From assembly GCA_963845145.1 (NCBI GenBank), contig CAWJQU010000001.1:96001-160000 (forward strand): a DNA stretch of 64,000 nucleotides. Reading direction: 5' to 3'. The first letter of the stretch is position 1. Each line of letters opens with the position of its first letter. Positions 39,184 through 48,765 of this stretch are shown here, piece after piece. The notes beneath the pieces were generated by a model. It did no database searches. It was given only the letters and a program-made list of their open reading frames with translations, and was not told the DNA's origin. The DNA is from an uncultured delta proteobacterium. Its GTDB lineage: Bacteria; Desulfobacterota; Desulfobacteria; Desulfobacterales; QNYZ01. Both the position numbers and the translations under genes were made by a program.

Positions 39184-40149
39184 ATGATTTTCAATCTTGA
39201 TGTTCTAAAAATTGATCCTGCACAGGAGTTAGAGAAACTTTCAAAGTTTATTGTGGAGCAATTAAAAGTTGTTTTTCGCAGAAAAGGTATCATGGTTGGA
39301 TTAAGTGGTGGTATTGATTCTGCCTGCATAGCGGCTGTTGCCGTACATGCGATAGGCAAAGAAAATGTAGTGGGACTTGTTCTTCCTGAAACGGAGTCTA
39401 ATCCTATCAGTAGTGAATATGCAATAAAACATGCACAAGCGTTAGACATAGAACATCGTCAAATTGACGTTACGCCTACAGTTGATAGTGTCGTTCATTA
39501 TAATTGGCGGGATGAATTTTTACAGAAACTGATTCCTGAATATAAACCTGGATTTAAGTATAATATATCACTTCCTACAGATCTCCTGGAGCGAGATGCT
39601 TTCAGTTTTTATTATTTGCAAGTCCAAATGCCTGATGGAGAAATAAGGAAAAAAAGGTTAAATTTAGAGGCGTTTCGTACAATTACTTCATTTGCTAATA
39701 TTAAAATCAGAGCTCGTATGTTGCATCTTTATGCCGAAGCAGAACGACGAAACCTTCTGGTTGTTGGAACGACCAACCGTACTGAGTTTATATTAGGAGA
39801 TTTCTGTAAATATGGCGACGGGGGTACTGATATTGAGCCGCTTACCTATCTTTATAAAAATCAAATATTTCAACTTTCAGCGTATCTCGAAGTAATTCCG
39901 GAAATTATTGAACGTCAACCCAGCCCTGACACGTTTAGTCTTCCTGTAAGCGATCAGGAGTTTTTTTTCAGGATACCATTTGACAAACTAGATTTTCTTC
40001 TTTACGCGTGGGAGCATGATGTCCCCACAAATGATGTCGCTCATATACTGGATATTTCGGAAAATGCAGTTAAAAGGGCTCATAAGGATTTTGCATCAAA
40101 ATATCGCGCTACTGCTCATTTGAGAGAAGTTCCACATACATTAGGGTAA
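39184..40149 (+). CDS. nadE: NH3-dependent NAD+ synthetase-like protein
   Basis: GLSGGIDS PP-loop, NIK.R.RM, GTTNRTE...G.F.KYGDG..D. Confidence 0.8.
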   Translation: MIFNLDVLKIDPAQELEKLSKFIVEQLKVVFRRKGIMVGLSGGIDSACIAAVAVHAIGKENVVGLVLPETESNPISSEYAIKHAQALDIEHRQIDVTPTVDSVVHYNWRDEFLQKLIPEYKPGFKYNISLPTDLLERDAFSFYYLQVQMPDGEIRKKRLNLEAFRTITSFANIKIRARMLHLYAEAERRNLLVVGTTNRTEFILGDFCKYGDGGTDIEPLTYLYKNQIFQLSAYLEVIPEIIERQPSPDTFSLPVSDQEFFFRIPFDKLDFLLYAWEHDVPTNDVAHILDISENAVKRAHKDFASKYRATAHLREVPHTLG

Positions 40150-40195
40150 AGTTGCTAACATCAGATGCACAAAATTGAGTTCTAAAAGGAACAGT

Positions 40196-40756
40196 ATGAA
40201 AACAGAAGACTTGGGAAATTCTAAATTATTAAATCTTGTTTTCAAGCCGGCTGGATTTCTAATGGGAAGTGGGGTTAGAAAATGGTTAATGGACCCCTTT
40301 AAAACGCTTCAAACAGCTGATGTCCAGCCTGGTCAAACTATTTTAGAGGTGGGATGTGGTACTGGTTTTTTCACAATACCAGCGGCAAAGATAGTTGGTG
40401 TAAAAGGATCCTTGGTAGCAATGGATGCTTCTTCCGGATTCCTCAAAGTAGTCACCAAGAAAGTCGAAATGGCCAACTTGAAAAATGTTTCTATTATTCA
40501 AAGAGATGCGCTGAGTACAAGGCTACAGACTGCGAGTATAGATAAGGTACTTTTATTTGGTGTAATCCCATTTCCATTGCTTCCTTTGGATAAACTCTTA
40601 CCTGAAATGCATCGAATTCTTAAGCCAGATGCAACCATGGCAGTATGGCTTTTTCCACCGTTGGTACACTCATGGGTACCAAAAGCGATACTTCGGACAA
40701 ACTTGTTTGACCTTATTAGAAAGAAAAAAAGAGTCTATAATTACAAACGATTATAA
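40196..40756 (+). CDS. Class I SAM-dependent methyltransferase
   Basis: ILEVGCGTGFF, E.HRILKP. Confidence 0.85.
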   Translation: MKTEDLGNSKLLNLVFKPAGFLMGSGVRKWLMDPFKTLQTADVQPGQTILEVGCGTGFFTIPAAKIVGVKGSLVAMDASSGFLKVVTKKVEMANLKNVSIIQRDALSTRLQTASIDKVLLFGVIPFPLLPLDKLLPEMHRILKPDATMAVWLFPPLVHSWVPKAILRTNLFDLIRKKKRVYNYKRL

Positions 40757-40759
40757 TTC

Positions 40760-40815
40760 TCACATAACAACATATCGTTGGCGGCTATCGCCTCAACTGA
40801 GGCTGGGCGTTCTCT
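40760..40815 (+). other. Internally deleted attC-like remnant
   Basis: ACATAACAAC right after the stop codon, then CAACTGAGGCTGGGCGTT. Confidence 0.35.
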
Positions 40816-40935
40816 GTTTCCTCAAGAATATATCATTAACGTCAAAAGCGGTTGTTCCTAATATTAAGATGACCAAGCTAAAAGCATTAAATATTATTCC
40901 AATCCTTTTTTTATTCGCTAATTAAAGGTAGCATT

Positions 40936-41871
40936 GTGAAACCTGCGAAAAAAAACGTTTATGAAATGAAAAACCTTAGAGTCCCCTTAATCATTTTAAT
41001 TTCATTTTGGACCTTAGCCATAGTCTTATGGCAAACCACGGGAAACATATTTTTTTTGTTCAATTTTGGTTACATTGGGACTGCCGTTGGCCTTGGGATT
41101 GGCCTATACATATTACTTCCAAGGAAAAAAAAGCCCGCAGGCAGACGCTTTGCGCAATTGCTTATTGGGATCTATATGCTGGGTTTCCTTGGGATAGTTA
41201 AAATGGAAAACATGCAATTAGAAGGATTTTTCTTATATTTGCTATCTGGATTTTTTGCAGGCTCCGTTATTCATTATTTAGTGGCCAAAATTTTAGGGCC
41301 GATACTATTTGGACGAGGGTTCTGTGGTTGGGCGTGTTGGACCGCGATGGTTCTTGATTTTCTTCCATATAAGCGGAACAAGACGGGCAGAATGGCCGCA
41401 AAATGGGAAACATTGAGGTATATCCATTTTGGCTTAAGTTTTTTATTTATACTTGTATTATGGTTCTTTTTTCAATATAGGCCCAATCCAATGGATCAAT
41501 CAGAGTTGGTATGGCTCGTGGGAGGTAACACCTTTTATTTTACCTCTGCAATCATCCTTGCTTTTTCGCTCAAAGATAATAGGGCTTTTTGCAAATATCT
41601 TTGTCCAATAACTGCAATCCTTAAGATTACATCACGATTTTCATTTCTTAAGATCGAGGGAGACAGGGAGACCTGCACACATTGCGGTGTGTGTAACAAG
41701 TCGTGTCCAATGGACATCAATATCATGGCGTACGTAAACCGTGGTGATAGGGTCTTATCCACTGAATGTATTTTTTGTTTGACATGTACAACCGTCTGCC
41801 CAGAAGGAATACTGGAGGATACTTTTAAAATGGATATTGGCGGCAAAGAATATATACAAAGAAGACGATGA
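40936..41871 (+). CDS. NapH/MauN-like membrane 4Fe-4S binding protein
   Basis: FGRGFCGWAC, FCKYLCP, CTHCGVCNKSCPM, CIFCLTCTTVCP. Confidence 0.88.
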   Translation: MKPAKKNVYEMKNLRVPLIILISFWTLAIVLWQTTGNIFFLFNFGYIGTAVGLGIGLYILLPRKKKPAGRRFAQLLIGIYMLGFLGIVKMENMQLEGFFLYLLSGFFAGSVIHYLVAKILGPILFGRGFCGWACWTAMVLDFLPYKRNKTGRMAAKWETLRYIHFGLSFLFILVLWFFFQYRPNPMDQSELVWLVGGNTFYFTSAIILAFSLKDNRAFCKYLCPITAILKITSRFSFLKIEGDRETCTHCGVCNKSCPMDINIMAYVNRGDRVLSTECIFCLTCTTVCPEGILEDTFKMDIGGKEYIQRRR

Positions 41872-41872
41872 T

Positions 41873-41937
41873 GCTGAAAAAAACGGCTGCAACAGGACGG
41901 TTCGTAACCACGCGCTCAATGAGTCATAATGTTATAT
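41873..41937 (+). other. Degenerate attC-like site
   Basis: AAACGGCTGCAACAGGAC...TGAGTCATAATGTTATAT; GTTATAT precedes the next gene's RBS. Confidence 0.4.
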
Positions 41938-41963
41938 CACATAATGCTTCCATAGGAGGGGAT

Positions 41964-42566
41964 GTGGATAAACAACCCGGAACAAGAATCGCAATGACGA
42001 CGCTTATGGTACTTGTTGCAACAACCTGGTTTTGCGACGGGCAAAAAGCATATGGTGCGACACCGGCTGAGATTCAACAATGGCTGCAAGCCCACAACCA
42101 ATATCGCAGCCTGCATGGCGTTCCCCCCGTGACATGGTCAGCAACGGTTGCGGCAAGCGCCCAGGCTTGGGCGAACACATGTCCCTCAAGCCATTCTAGT
42201 TCGGGCTATGGCGAAAATATTGCTTTTGCAAACTACATAATGACCATCCCGAATGTGGTAAAACTCTGGTACGATGAAGAGCCCCTCTACGATTACAGCA
42301 ATCCCGGTTTCAGCCCAGCCACGGGCCATTTCACCCAAGTCGTTTGGAAAAGCACCGAGGAAATAGGCTGCGGATACCGCAGCGGTTGCGGCGGCGACTG
42401 GCCTAATATCTGGGTCTGTCAGTACAATCCTCCCGGTAATTACACCGGCCAATTCGCCGTAAATGTATTTCCAAAATATTCTCCGCCACCACCGCCGCCG
42501 CCTCCTCCACCGTCAGGCGCATTGAATATCGTGCCAATTATAACCTCGATTTTACTTGGCGAGTAA
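41964..42566 (+). CDS. Secreted CAP (SCP/PR-1) domain protein with poly-Pro linker
   Basis: AHNQYR..HG, YGENIA, WYDE, TGHFTQVVW, VCQY.PPGN; PPPPPPPPPP then ALNIVPIITSILLGE. Confidence 0.92.
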   Translation: MDKQPGTRIAMTTLMVLVATTWFCDGQKAYGATPAEIQQWLQAHNQYRSLHGVPPVTWSATVAASAQAWANTCPSSHSSSGYGENIAFANYIMTIPNVVKLWYDEEPLYDYSNPGFSPATGHFTQVVWKSTEEIGCGYRSGCGGDWPNIWVCQYNPPGNYTGQFAVNVFPKYSPPPPPPPPPPSGALNIVPIITSILLGE

Positions 42567-42668
42567 GCGGTTTTAAATCAATCGGGTTCAGTGGAAAATA
42601 GTAACTGGATTTATGATGTGGTCAACGCTCCGTCATCATACGTAAATATCAAAATCAAGCCTTACCCG

Positions 42669-43331
42669 TTAAAGCGCGCCGATATCTACCAATGCCTTTT
42701 TGACATCTGAATGTCCTTTGACATGAATTGCCGGCATTCCCGCTGCTCGTGCGCCATTTATATTTTCCTCAGAATCGTCAAAGAAAAGCATCGTATCCAA
42801 ACCAATTCCCGTGGCATTTGAAATTGCTTCAAATGCTTCGCGGTCTGGTTTTCGTAATCCCATCTCAGATGATACGAAAATTTGGTGAAAAGAGGCTACG
42901 GCCCTTGGGTAAGCATCCATCCAGAAAACTTGGTGGGTTGGGTTCGAATTGGTAAACGCAAAACATGGTAATTTCTTTTTTACGACTAAGATACAGTTGA
43001 CTGTATCCGCAATCTCCTCAAGGTAAATAGCATTCCAGCCCAATGCAATTTCGGAATCAGTTGCCTCAAGTTCAAGAACGTTACGAAGATGGGCAAAATA
43101 TTCTGATGCGCCAATTTCCCCTCGTTCATGTCGCTCATATGCCTCGTCCATTTTAAAACGTTGTCGGATTTCCTCGATTGGCAAGATAGTCCAATCGCTC
43201 CATGCTTGCAGTGCTCGATCGAAATCTATCTCGAACACAACACCCCCCATATCAAATAATAAACCAGCTATATAGCGATGGTTCAAAAAGGTTTGTTCTA
43301 TGATAATCTGCTGCAAATATTTGGATAGCAT
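42669..43331 (-). CDS. HAD-superfamily phosphatase (start uncertain)
   Basis: FDMGGV, TNSN, S.EMGLRKPD, FFDDS..N. Confidence 0.85.
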   Translation of the reverse strand: MLSKYLQQIIIEQTFLNHRYIAGLLFDMGGVVFEIDFDRALQAWSDWTILPIEEIRQRFKMDEAYERHERGEIGASEYFAHLRNVLELEATDSEIALGWNAIYLEEIADTVNCILVVKKKLPCFAFTNSNPTHQVFWMDAYPRAVASFHQIFVSSEMGLRKPDREAFEAISNATGIGLDTMLFFDDSEENINGARAAGMPAIHVKGHSDVKKALVDIGAL

Positions 43332-43411
43332 AGATATTTTTCGTTTTCTTCGTATTTTGAGCGCACCTCTGCTGCTGCGCGAGAACCAACAATGGATAAA
43401 GGCCGCAATTT

Positions 43412-44775
43412 TTAAGTTGACGCCAGCTTGGTCCTTGCAATGGTCAATAAATTGGCCGCGACAATCGATGACCAGACATATGACTTAAAGCCGTACCAGC
43501 CTTTCCACATACATCGTGCCAGCCCCATGGAACGTTTGAGCCAGGAAATGCCGGACTCAATCCCGGCCCTGAACCGGCGAAGCCTATGATACACATATTC
43601 ACTGCGGCACATATCTGTTTCTTTCAGACCGCGCTTTTTGGCAAAGCAGACATCCTTTATCTTGCGCGAGGCCGCCTTGGCCTGTTTCAGATTGTCTTTA
43701 GATGCAAAGCCGCCGTCAAAGCAGACTTTGAGCGGGTATCGGCCATAGATTTCTTTTTGCCGGTCTAACATCGGGATGGCCAAATCTACATCGGCTGGAT
43801 TGCCTTCGACAATCAGGCAATCCAGGATCAAATTGGAGGCTCCGCCGGTCAGGCAGATCTTGTGACCGAAAATCACATCCCGGCGATCCTTGACAATAAC
43901 GTCGGTGTGAGGTTCGAAGATCGATACCACCTTGTCAGCGGCAGCAACGCTCTGGCCCAGAACAACCCGGCGATGGGTCTGGTCGATGACCTTTTCGGTA
44001 AGCTCGGCATAGTGATCGATTTGGGCAAAAAGAGCAATCGCGCTGGGTGCGAGCGCACTCTTTTTGATCATCTGTGCCGCCGTGTGGGCATAACCGCGCA
44101 CCTTGCCGGTAATTTTGAGCAAGTCGACATAGGCCGCCTTGCGTGGCTTTTTACCCTTGGCATTCATAACCGCCAGCATCCGACGTTTGGCCCGTCGGTT
44201 ATGGTTGCTAAATTGCGGCACCTTGAGCCCGAACTCATCCCGGCTGCGCACAATAAGCCGCGTCAATACCGTACACAGTCGCCCAACAGGGTCGAATCGC
44301 ATGGCTGGTGAATGTTGGACTCAACGCAGGTACAGTCCGTGCGCACTTTGCGGCCCTTTTCGATGTCCTCTTTTTTGGCATATCCCAGAATATCGCGGTT
44401 GATCATCTCCCAGGTCTGATCACTGATGGCTTTGATATTGCGGTTCAAGGCAGATTTTTTAAACCCTTCTTCGGCCATGCCGATGCGGCAAAACCAGCGC
44501 AGGCTTTGCGAGTCGACGATGTGGAAGGCTAATTCTTCATAAGTGAAACCGAAAAGGACTTTGACGATGATAAAGCGTAGCACTTGTTCGGCGCTCATAC
44601 CTTTGGCGCCGGCGCGCTGGGTCTTGGACTTGCCTCTGTTTAAATCTTGCAGAATATACTCACAGATGGTAGGTTTTGCATCGACAATCCCACTGATCAC
44701 TTCAAGTTCCTTGCTTTGGGGATGATCGAGAATGTGAGCCATCAGGGGCATTTGTTTGGGCCATTTTTCGCGCAT
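43412..44775 (-). mobile_element. ISNCY/IS5-like DDE transposase, frameshifted near 44269
   Basis: R.DCT.VESNIH.P.DS.LL.D, K.VSIFEPHTD.IVKDRR...FGHK, GNPAD, FDGGFAS..N, FRAGIE.GIS.LKR. Confidence 0.85.
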
Positions 44776-44913
44776 TTTGCGACCAGCTCCTTTTCTGTTT
44801 TTGTAGTATTATTGAGTGTTTAGTGACTTTTAATATACCACAAAGCGAAAAGAATTGCTACCGCAAAATGCGCTTTTTTTATGAGTTTCAGATAGTTATA
44901 GTTCCGGCAGCAA

Positions 44914-45785
44914 ATGAAGGCCTTTCCCGTCACTGTTTTATGTAAGGTGATGCGGGTTAGCCGGAGTGGTTTATATGACTATCTGGATCATCACAGATCC
45001 GGAGATAACCACCGACCAGATGAAGCGGCGTTAAGGCATCGAATCAAAGTGATATTCGACCAATCCAAAGCCAGTTATGGTTCCCGTAGGATTGTTAAAC
45101 AATTAGAAGCGGAAGATCATTCCATTGGACGGTTTAAAGTACGCCGAATCATGCGACAAATGGGTTTAAAGGCGAAAACACCCAAACGGTTTAAATGCAC
45201 GACTGATAGTCGTCATGCGTACCTCGTGGCAGCCAATATCCTGAATCGCAACTTTGATGTTGATCTGCCCAATACAGTCTGGACGGCGGATATCAGTTAT
45301 GTTTGGACCTATGAGGGTTGGCTTTACCTGGCCATTGTCATGGACCTTTATTCGAGTGAAATCGTAGGCTGGGCTATGGATAAGCGGATGAAAAAAGATC
45401 TCGTAATGGATGCTTTGGCGATGGCCTACTGGCAAAGAAAGCCCTCCAGAGGCCTGTTGCACAATTCGGATCGTGGCAGTAAATATGCGTGTCACGAATA
45501 CCAGAAACAACTTAAAACCTACGGTATGATCCCCAGCATGAGCCGCAAAGGAAACTGTGGAGATAATGCGCCCACGGAGCGCTTTTTGCGTTCCTTGAAA
45601 GCCGAACGATTGCACGCATATCGTTTTTTTACCCGTAATGATGCTGAAATTGAAATATGGGATTATGTGACTTACTACAATAGTATCCGGTTACATTCGA
45701 CTTTGGGGTATCTATCCCCTATCGATTATGAGAAAGAACGTTGGCTAAAAGTTGCTTAACAATGTGTCAGTTTTGGGACACTACA
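44914..45785 (+). mobile_element. IS3-family OrfB remnant with decayed right IR; OrfA absent
   Basis: YGSRR, W.ADI.Y, SDRGS.Y, SRKGNC.DNAP.E, YYN..R.HS.LGY.SP; GTGTC...ACTACA end. Confidence 0.85.
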
Positions 45786-45823
45786 TTTGCGATCTTGACA
45801 ATGACTCATCCTTAAGTGTGCTC

Positions 45824-45915
45824 GTCGTGGTAGGAATGCCGGTCACCCGGCACCCCACACACAGATCCCCTCATGAAGTTTTTCCTCACGGGACTCCTAG
45901 GTTGTACTCGCTTCC
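45824..45915 (-). mobile_element. Group II intron 3' remnant (domains V-VI)
   Basis: Minus strand GAGTCCCGTGAGGAAAAACTTCATGAGGGGATC (DV-like), GGGGTGCCGG-GTGA-CCGGCATTCCTACC (DVI with bulged A), ending ...AC. Confidence 0.7.
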
Positions 45916-45925
45916 GTGACAACGA

Positions 45926-45997
45926 ATTTAACGCCAGGTATGTCCGGTAGCCGGAACGCGCCGCGTGTAGGCAATCCGAACCATGCCGTTGTTCGCA
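45926..45997 (-). other. attC site, near-intact
   Basis: Minus strand TGCGAAC-AACGGCATGGTTCGG...CCGGACATACC-TGGC-GTTAAAT: AAC/GTT ends and paired inner arms with an extra base. Confidence 0.7.
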
Positions 45998-46022
45998 GTT
46001 TCGTCCGTAGTTTCATAAAATG

Positions 46023-46817
46023 CTAGGTAGGGTCAGAATCCGACTTTTTCCTTTCATAGAACTGCTGCAATCTCATGTTCACTTCAGAGAAGTCTCCGAC
46101 GCTGGAGTAGGCATTAAGCGTTTCGACCCTCAGAGCGTCGTCAAGCGTCCGTCCAATTATGTCCAGGATCGTTTCTTTAGCGGATCGTACAGCCTGCTGA
46201 CTGTTCCGCAGAATTTGTTTCGCGAGATCTTCGGCAGCCTCCATCACTTGGTCATCGGGGACGACCCGGCTAACCAAGCCCAGCCGAAAAGCTTCGTCGG
46301 CGTTGATCACCCGCCCGGTCATAGCGAGGTCAAGCGCCACGGCCAAGCCCGCGATGGCGACAATCCGCACAATGCCCCCGTCGCCTTGGTGAAGGCCGCG
46401 ACGCGTTTCGAAGGAGGCGAATCGAGCAGTCTCAGCGGCTATGCGAAAATCGCATGCAAGCGCGATCTCCAGACCACCGCCGACTGCTAATCCGTTCACC
46501 GCTGCGATGATCGGCTTGTAAATCCGATGTTGCCCTCGAGTTATTCCACCCCCAAAGCCTCGTCCAACGTTCTTGCGGATGTCAAGCATATTAGCGTGTT
46601 CCCACTTGGGAAGCCAGGTATTGAGGTCAGCTCCCGAACAGAATGCTTTTCCCGCTCCGGTTACAATGGCGATATCCAAGGTTTCGTCAGCATTGAAGCT
46701 ATCCCATGCGTCCCATAAAGCCTGGTCCAGTTCATCGTCCACCGCGTTAAGTGTTTCCGGGCGATTTAAAGTGATGTAGGCGATCCTGCCACGTTTCTCG
46801 TATAGAACCTTATCCAT
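46023..46817 (-). CDS. Enoyl-CoA hydratase/isomerase family protein
   Basis: LNRPE.LNA, AFCSGADL, KPIIAAVNG.A.GGGLEIALACD, FE...G. Confidence 0.92.
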   Translation of the reverse strand: MDKVLYEKRGRIAYITLNRPETLNAVDDELDQALWDAWDSFNADETLDIAIVTGAGKAFCSGADLNTWLPKWEHANMLDIRKNVGRGFGGGITRGQHRIYKPIIAAVNGLAVGGGLEIALACDFRIAAETARFASFETRRGLHQGDGGIVRIVAIAGLAVALDLAMTGRVINADEAFRLGLVSRVVPDDQVMEAAEDLAKQILRNSQQAVRSAKETILDIIGRTLDDALRVETLNAYSSVGDFSEVNMRLQQFYERKKSDSDPT

Positions 46818-46842
46818 GCAAATTTCCCCCCCTTATTTCTTA

Positions 46843-46906
46843 CCGCGATCTTTGAATTCACAGGTTTCGCGCTGTTTGCCAAATCCAGTGGAATGACTGG
46901 TTAGCA
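46843..46906 (-). other. Degenerate attC site
   Basis: Minus strand TGCTAAC-CAGTCATTCCACTGG...CCTGTGAATTCAAA; distal GTT box mutated. Confidence 0.5.
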
Positions 46907-46986
46907 ATAGTACCAATTCTTTTTACCATTTCATAGTTTCAGCACCACTGAAATTCGCAAATACTAAAGTCGCCCAGCTTTTCACG

Positions 46987-47478
46987 TCATGCACCATTGT
47001 GTTGTTGGGTTCTCTTCGTGTATTTGTGAAATCCAAATCCAAGTGACGGATCTTTCGGCGTTCTCTCAATTAATGTGAAACCATTTTTTTCATAAAAATG
47101 ATGGTTCCGAGTTGCATAATCCGGCGTCTCAAGAGTCCAGGAAGATATCTGAGGGAACATTCGTTGTATTTCATTAATGATCCAGGAACCAATACCTGAA
47201 TTCATGTGCTGCTGTCCGACATGCAGGCCAAAAATCACGCCATTTTCACCGTCAATTTGTAAAATGCAACTTCCGACAAGGACGCCATTCTTTGTACATT
47301 TAAGGTAGGTTTTTGAATTTAACCATCCTTCGTGCTTTTCTATGGTATCAAGCCCGGGCGGGTCACCATCCTCTATGCCATCCGGTCTATAGGCTTCGTC
47401 TTCAGCGAATGCACTCACGGCAAGATCACGTAATTGTACGATATCTATCTGAGTTGCCACATTCAGTGAAAGCATCAT
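46987..47478 (-). CDS. GNAT acetyltransferase
   Basis: LHVGQQHMNSGIGS, W.LETP....RNHHFYEK.GF; reads into ACCCAAC (attC-like start). Confidence 0.8.
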   Translation of the reverse strand: MMLSLNVATQIDIVQLRDLAVSAFAEDEAYRPDGIEDGDPPGLDTIEKHEGWLNSKTYLKCTKNGVLVGSCILQIDGENGVIFGLHVGQQHMNSGIGSWIINEIQRMFPQISSWTLETPDYATRNHHFYEKNGFTLIERTPKDPSLGFGFHKYTKRTQQHNGA

Positions 47479-47495
47479 TCTCCTATCGTTGTGCA

Positions 47496-48140
47496 TTACC
47501 GTTTTATCCGATGGAGACTGTTGTTACACCTGCCTGTCCGAAAGGCAGAATAGGTTTTCAAAGCTTTCATTAGTTTTTCTTTCTCTAAGGCAAATGGTGG
47601 AGTACTTGACGATACGGGAAAAGCAAACCAATGAGTACCATCACCATTTTCAAAAACAAATTCTATGGCCTTTTTATACGTGATGTTTTTGCATACTGGC
47701 GTGCCACCCATTGTCTTCCAAGTGGCCTGGAACTTAGACAGGCAGGCAGTTGGATCCAAGATTCGGTAGGGAGACACACTGCCCCATGCATTCACTGCGC
47801 CAATCTCAGAAAATGCAAAAAGTTCCGATAAGTGCACGATACGAGCGCTGGGAATTGCATTGAAGAATTCATGCCCATCCTTAGATACATGTAACGCAGA
47901 AGCATACTGTACAATCAATTGAGCCAGGTCGGCTGGGTTTCCAGCATGTCGTATTCCAAAATATGCGCCATTGAAAAACGCCTCAAAGGCCATCTCGGTG
48001 CGGTTCCCAAGGTATTCTTTGGCCTGTGCCAAGCCACAGAAATCACCTGGTTTTAGAACAGTCGCAGTCTCCCATTCTCCGTCTACAGCGAGCTGCCCGA
48101 AGTCAGGCGAAGAAGTGAATTCTTTACATTTTATCATCAA
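47496..48140 (-). CDS. Hypothetical cassette-type protein
   Basis: 214-aa ORF ending CNNSLHRI, the translation of a GTGTAACAACAGTCTCCATCGG attC-like arm. Confidence 0.5.
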   Translation of the reverse strand: MMIKCKEFTSSPDFGQLAVDGEWETATVLKPGDFCGLAQAKEYLGNRTEMAFEAFFNGAYFGIRHAGNPADLAQLIVQYASALHVSKDGHEFFNAIPSARIVHLSELFAFSEIGAVNAWGSVSPYRILDPTACLSKFQATWKTMGGTPVCKNITYKKAIEFVFENGDGTHWFAFPVSSSTPPFALEKEKLMKALKTYSAFRTGRCNNSLHRIKR

Positions 48141-48173
48141 TTAAGGTGGAGCGTCATGATAGTGTCGTTTTTT

Positions 48174-48518
48174 TCATTTACTTTTTTCAATATTTATACC
48201 AGTTATTGATAACTCGACATCCTTCAACAACTCAATGGCATCATTTACTTGATCTGCTCTAACCATTAATCTAGCAGGGTCCGCCAAAGGCCTCATATGC
48301 ATAAAATGCTCGCCTTTAAAAAAATACTGTATTCCTTCACTTTCCAACAATGATTTCAAGAACACCACATCTGCTGGATTGTAGGTCCCAAGTACTTCTT
48401 TAAAATCAACAAACTCTGGATCGGGTAGCGGCGGTATTGAATCTACCAAATTAACATGGCAATCTGCACAGACTGTGAATCCTTCCCGATATTCTGTTCT
48501 ACATTCAGGGCAAAACAT
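48174..48518 (-). CDS. DUF2007-like protein with N-terminal zinc ribbon
   Basis: MFCPECRTEYREGFTVCADC, KSLLESEGI, RLMV. Confidence 0.8.
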   Translation of the reverse strand: MFCPECRTEYREGFTVCADCHVNLVDSIPPLPDPEFVDFKEVLGTYNPADVVFLKSLLESEGIQYFFKGEHFMHMRPLADPARLMVRADQVNDAIELLKDVELSITGINIEKSK

Positions 48519-48645
48519 GAGCTTTCCAGTTTTTGATATGTGTCACTAGCTTTGAAAAGAACCGTTTTTTTCCGGTTCATTTGGATTGTTGGGATTTATA
48601 GTGCAATAATCAAGGGTTGACTCCATTTCCCGTATTCGTTTTTCT

Positions 48646-48765
48646 CGCTAACGCATGCATCAGTTGCCGCTGTACTGATGGTCGATTATTGATAATTTTG
48701 CCAAGAGCACCTTACTTTCGCTCACCGCAGGCGATTGCCGTCAATTGAATGCACTTGATGTAATG
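48646..48765 (-). other. attC site with mutated proximal box
   Basis: Minus strand TGCATTCAATTGACGGC...GCGGCAACTGATGCA-TGC-GTTAGCG. Confidence 0.6.

Noticed and set aside
44255..44310. Programmed frameshift in the ISNCY transposase
   Set aside because: No slippery heptamer; one missing G (CGG GTA) restores the frame, which fits an indel.
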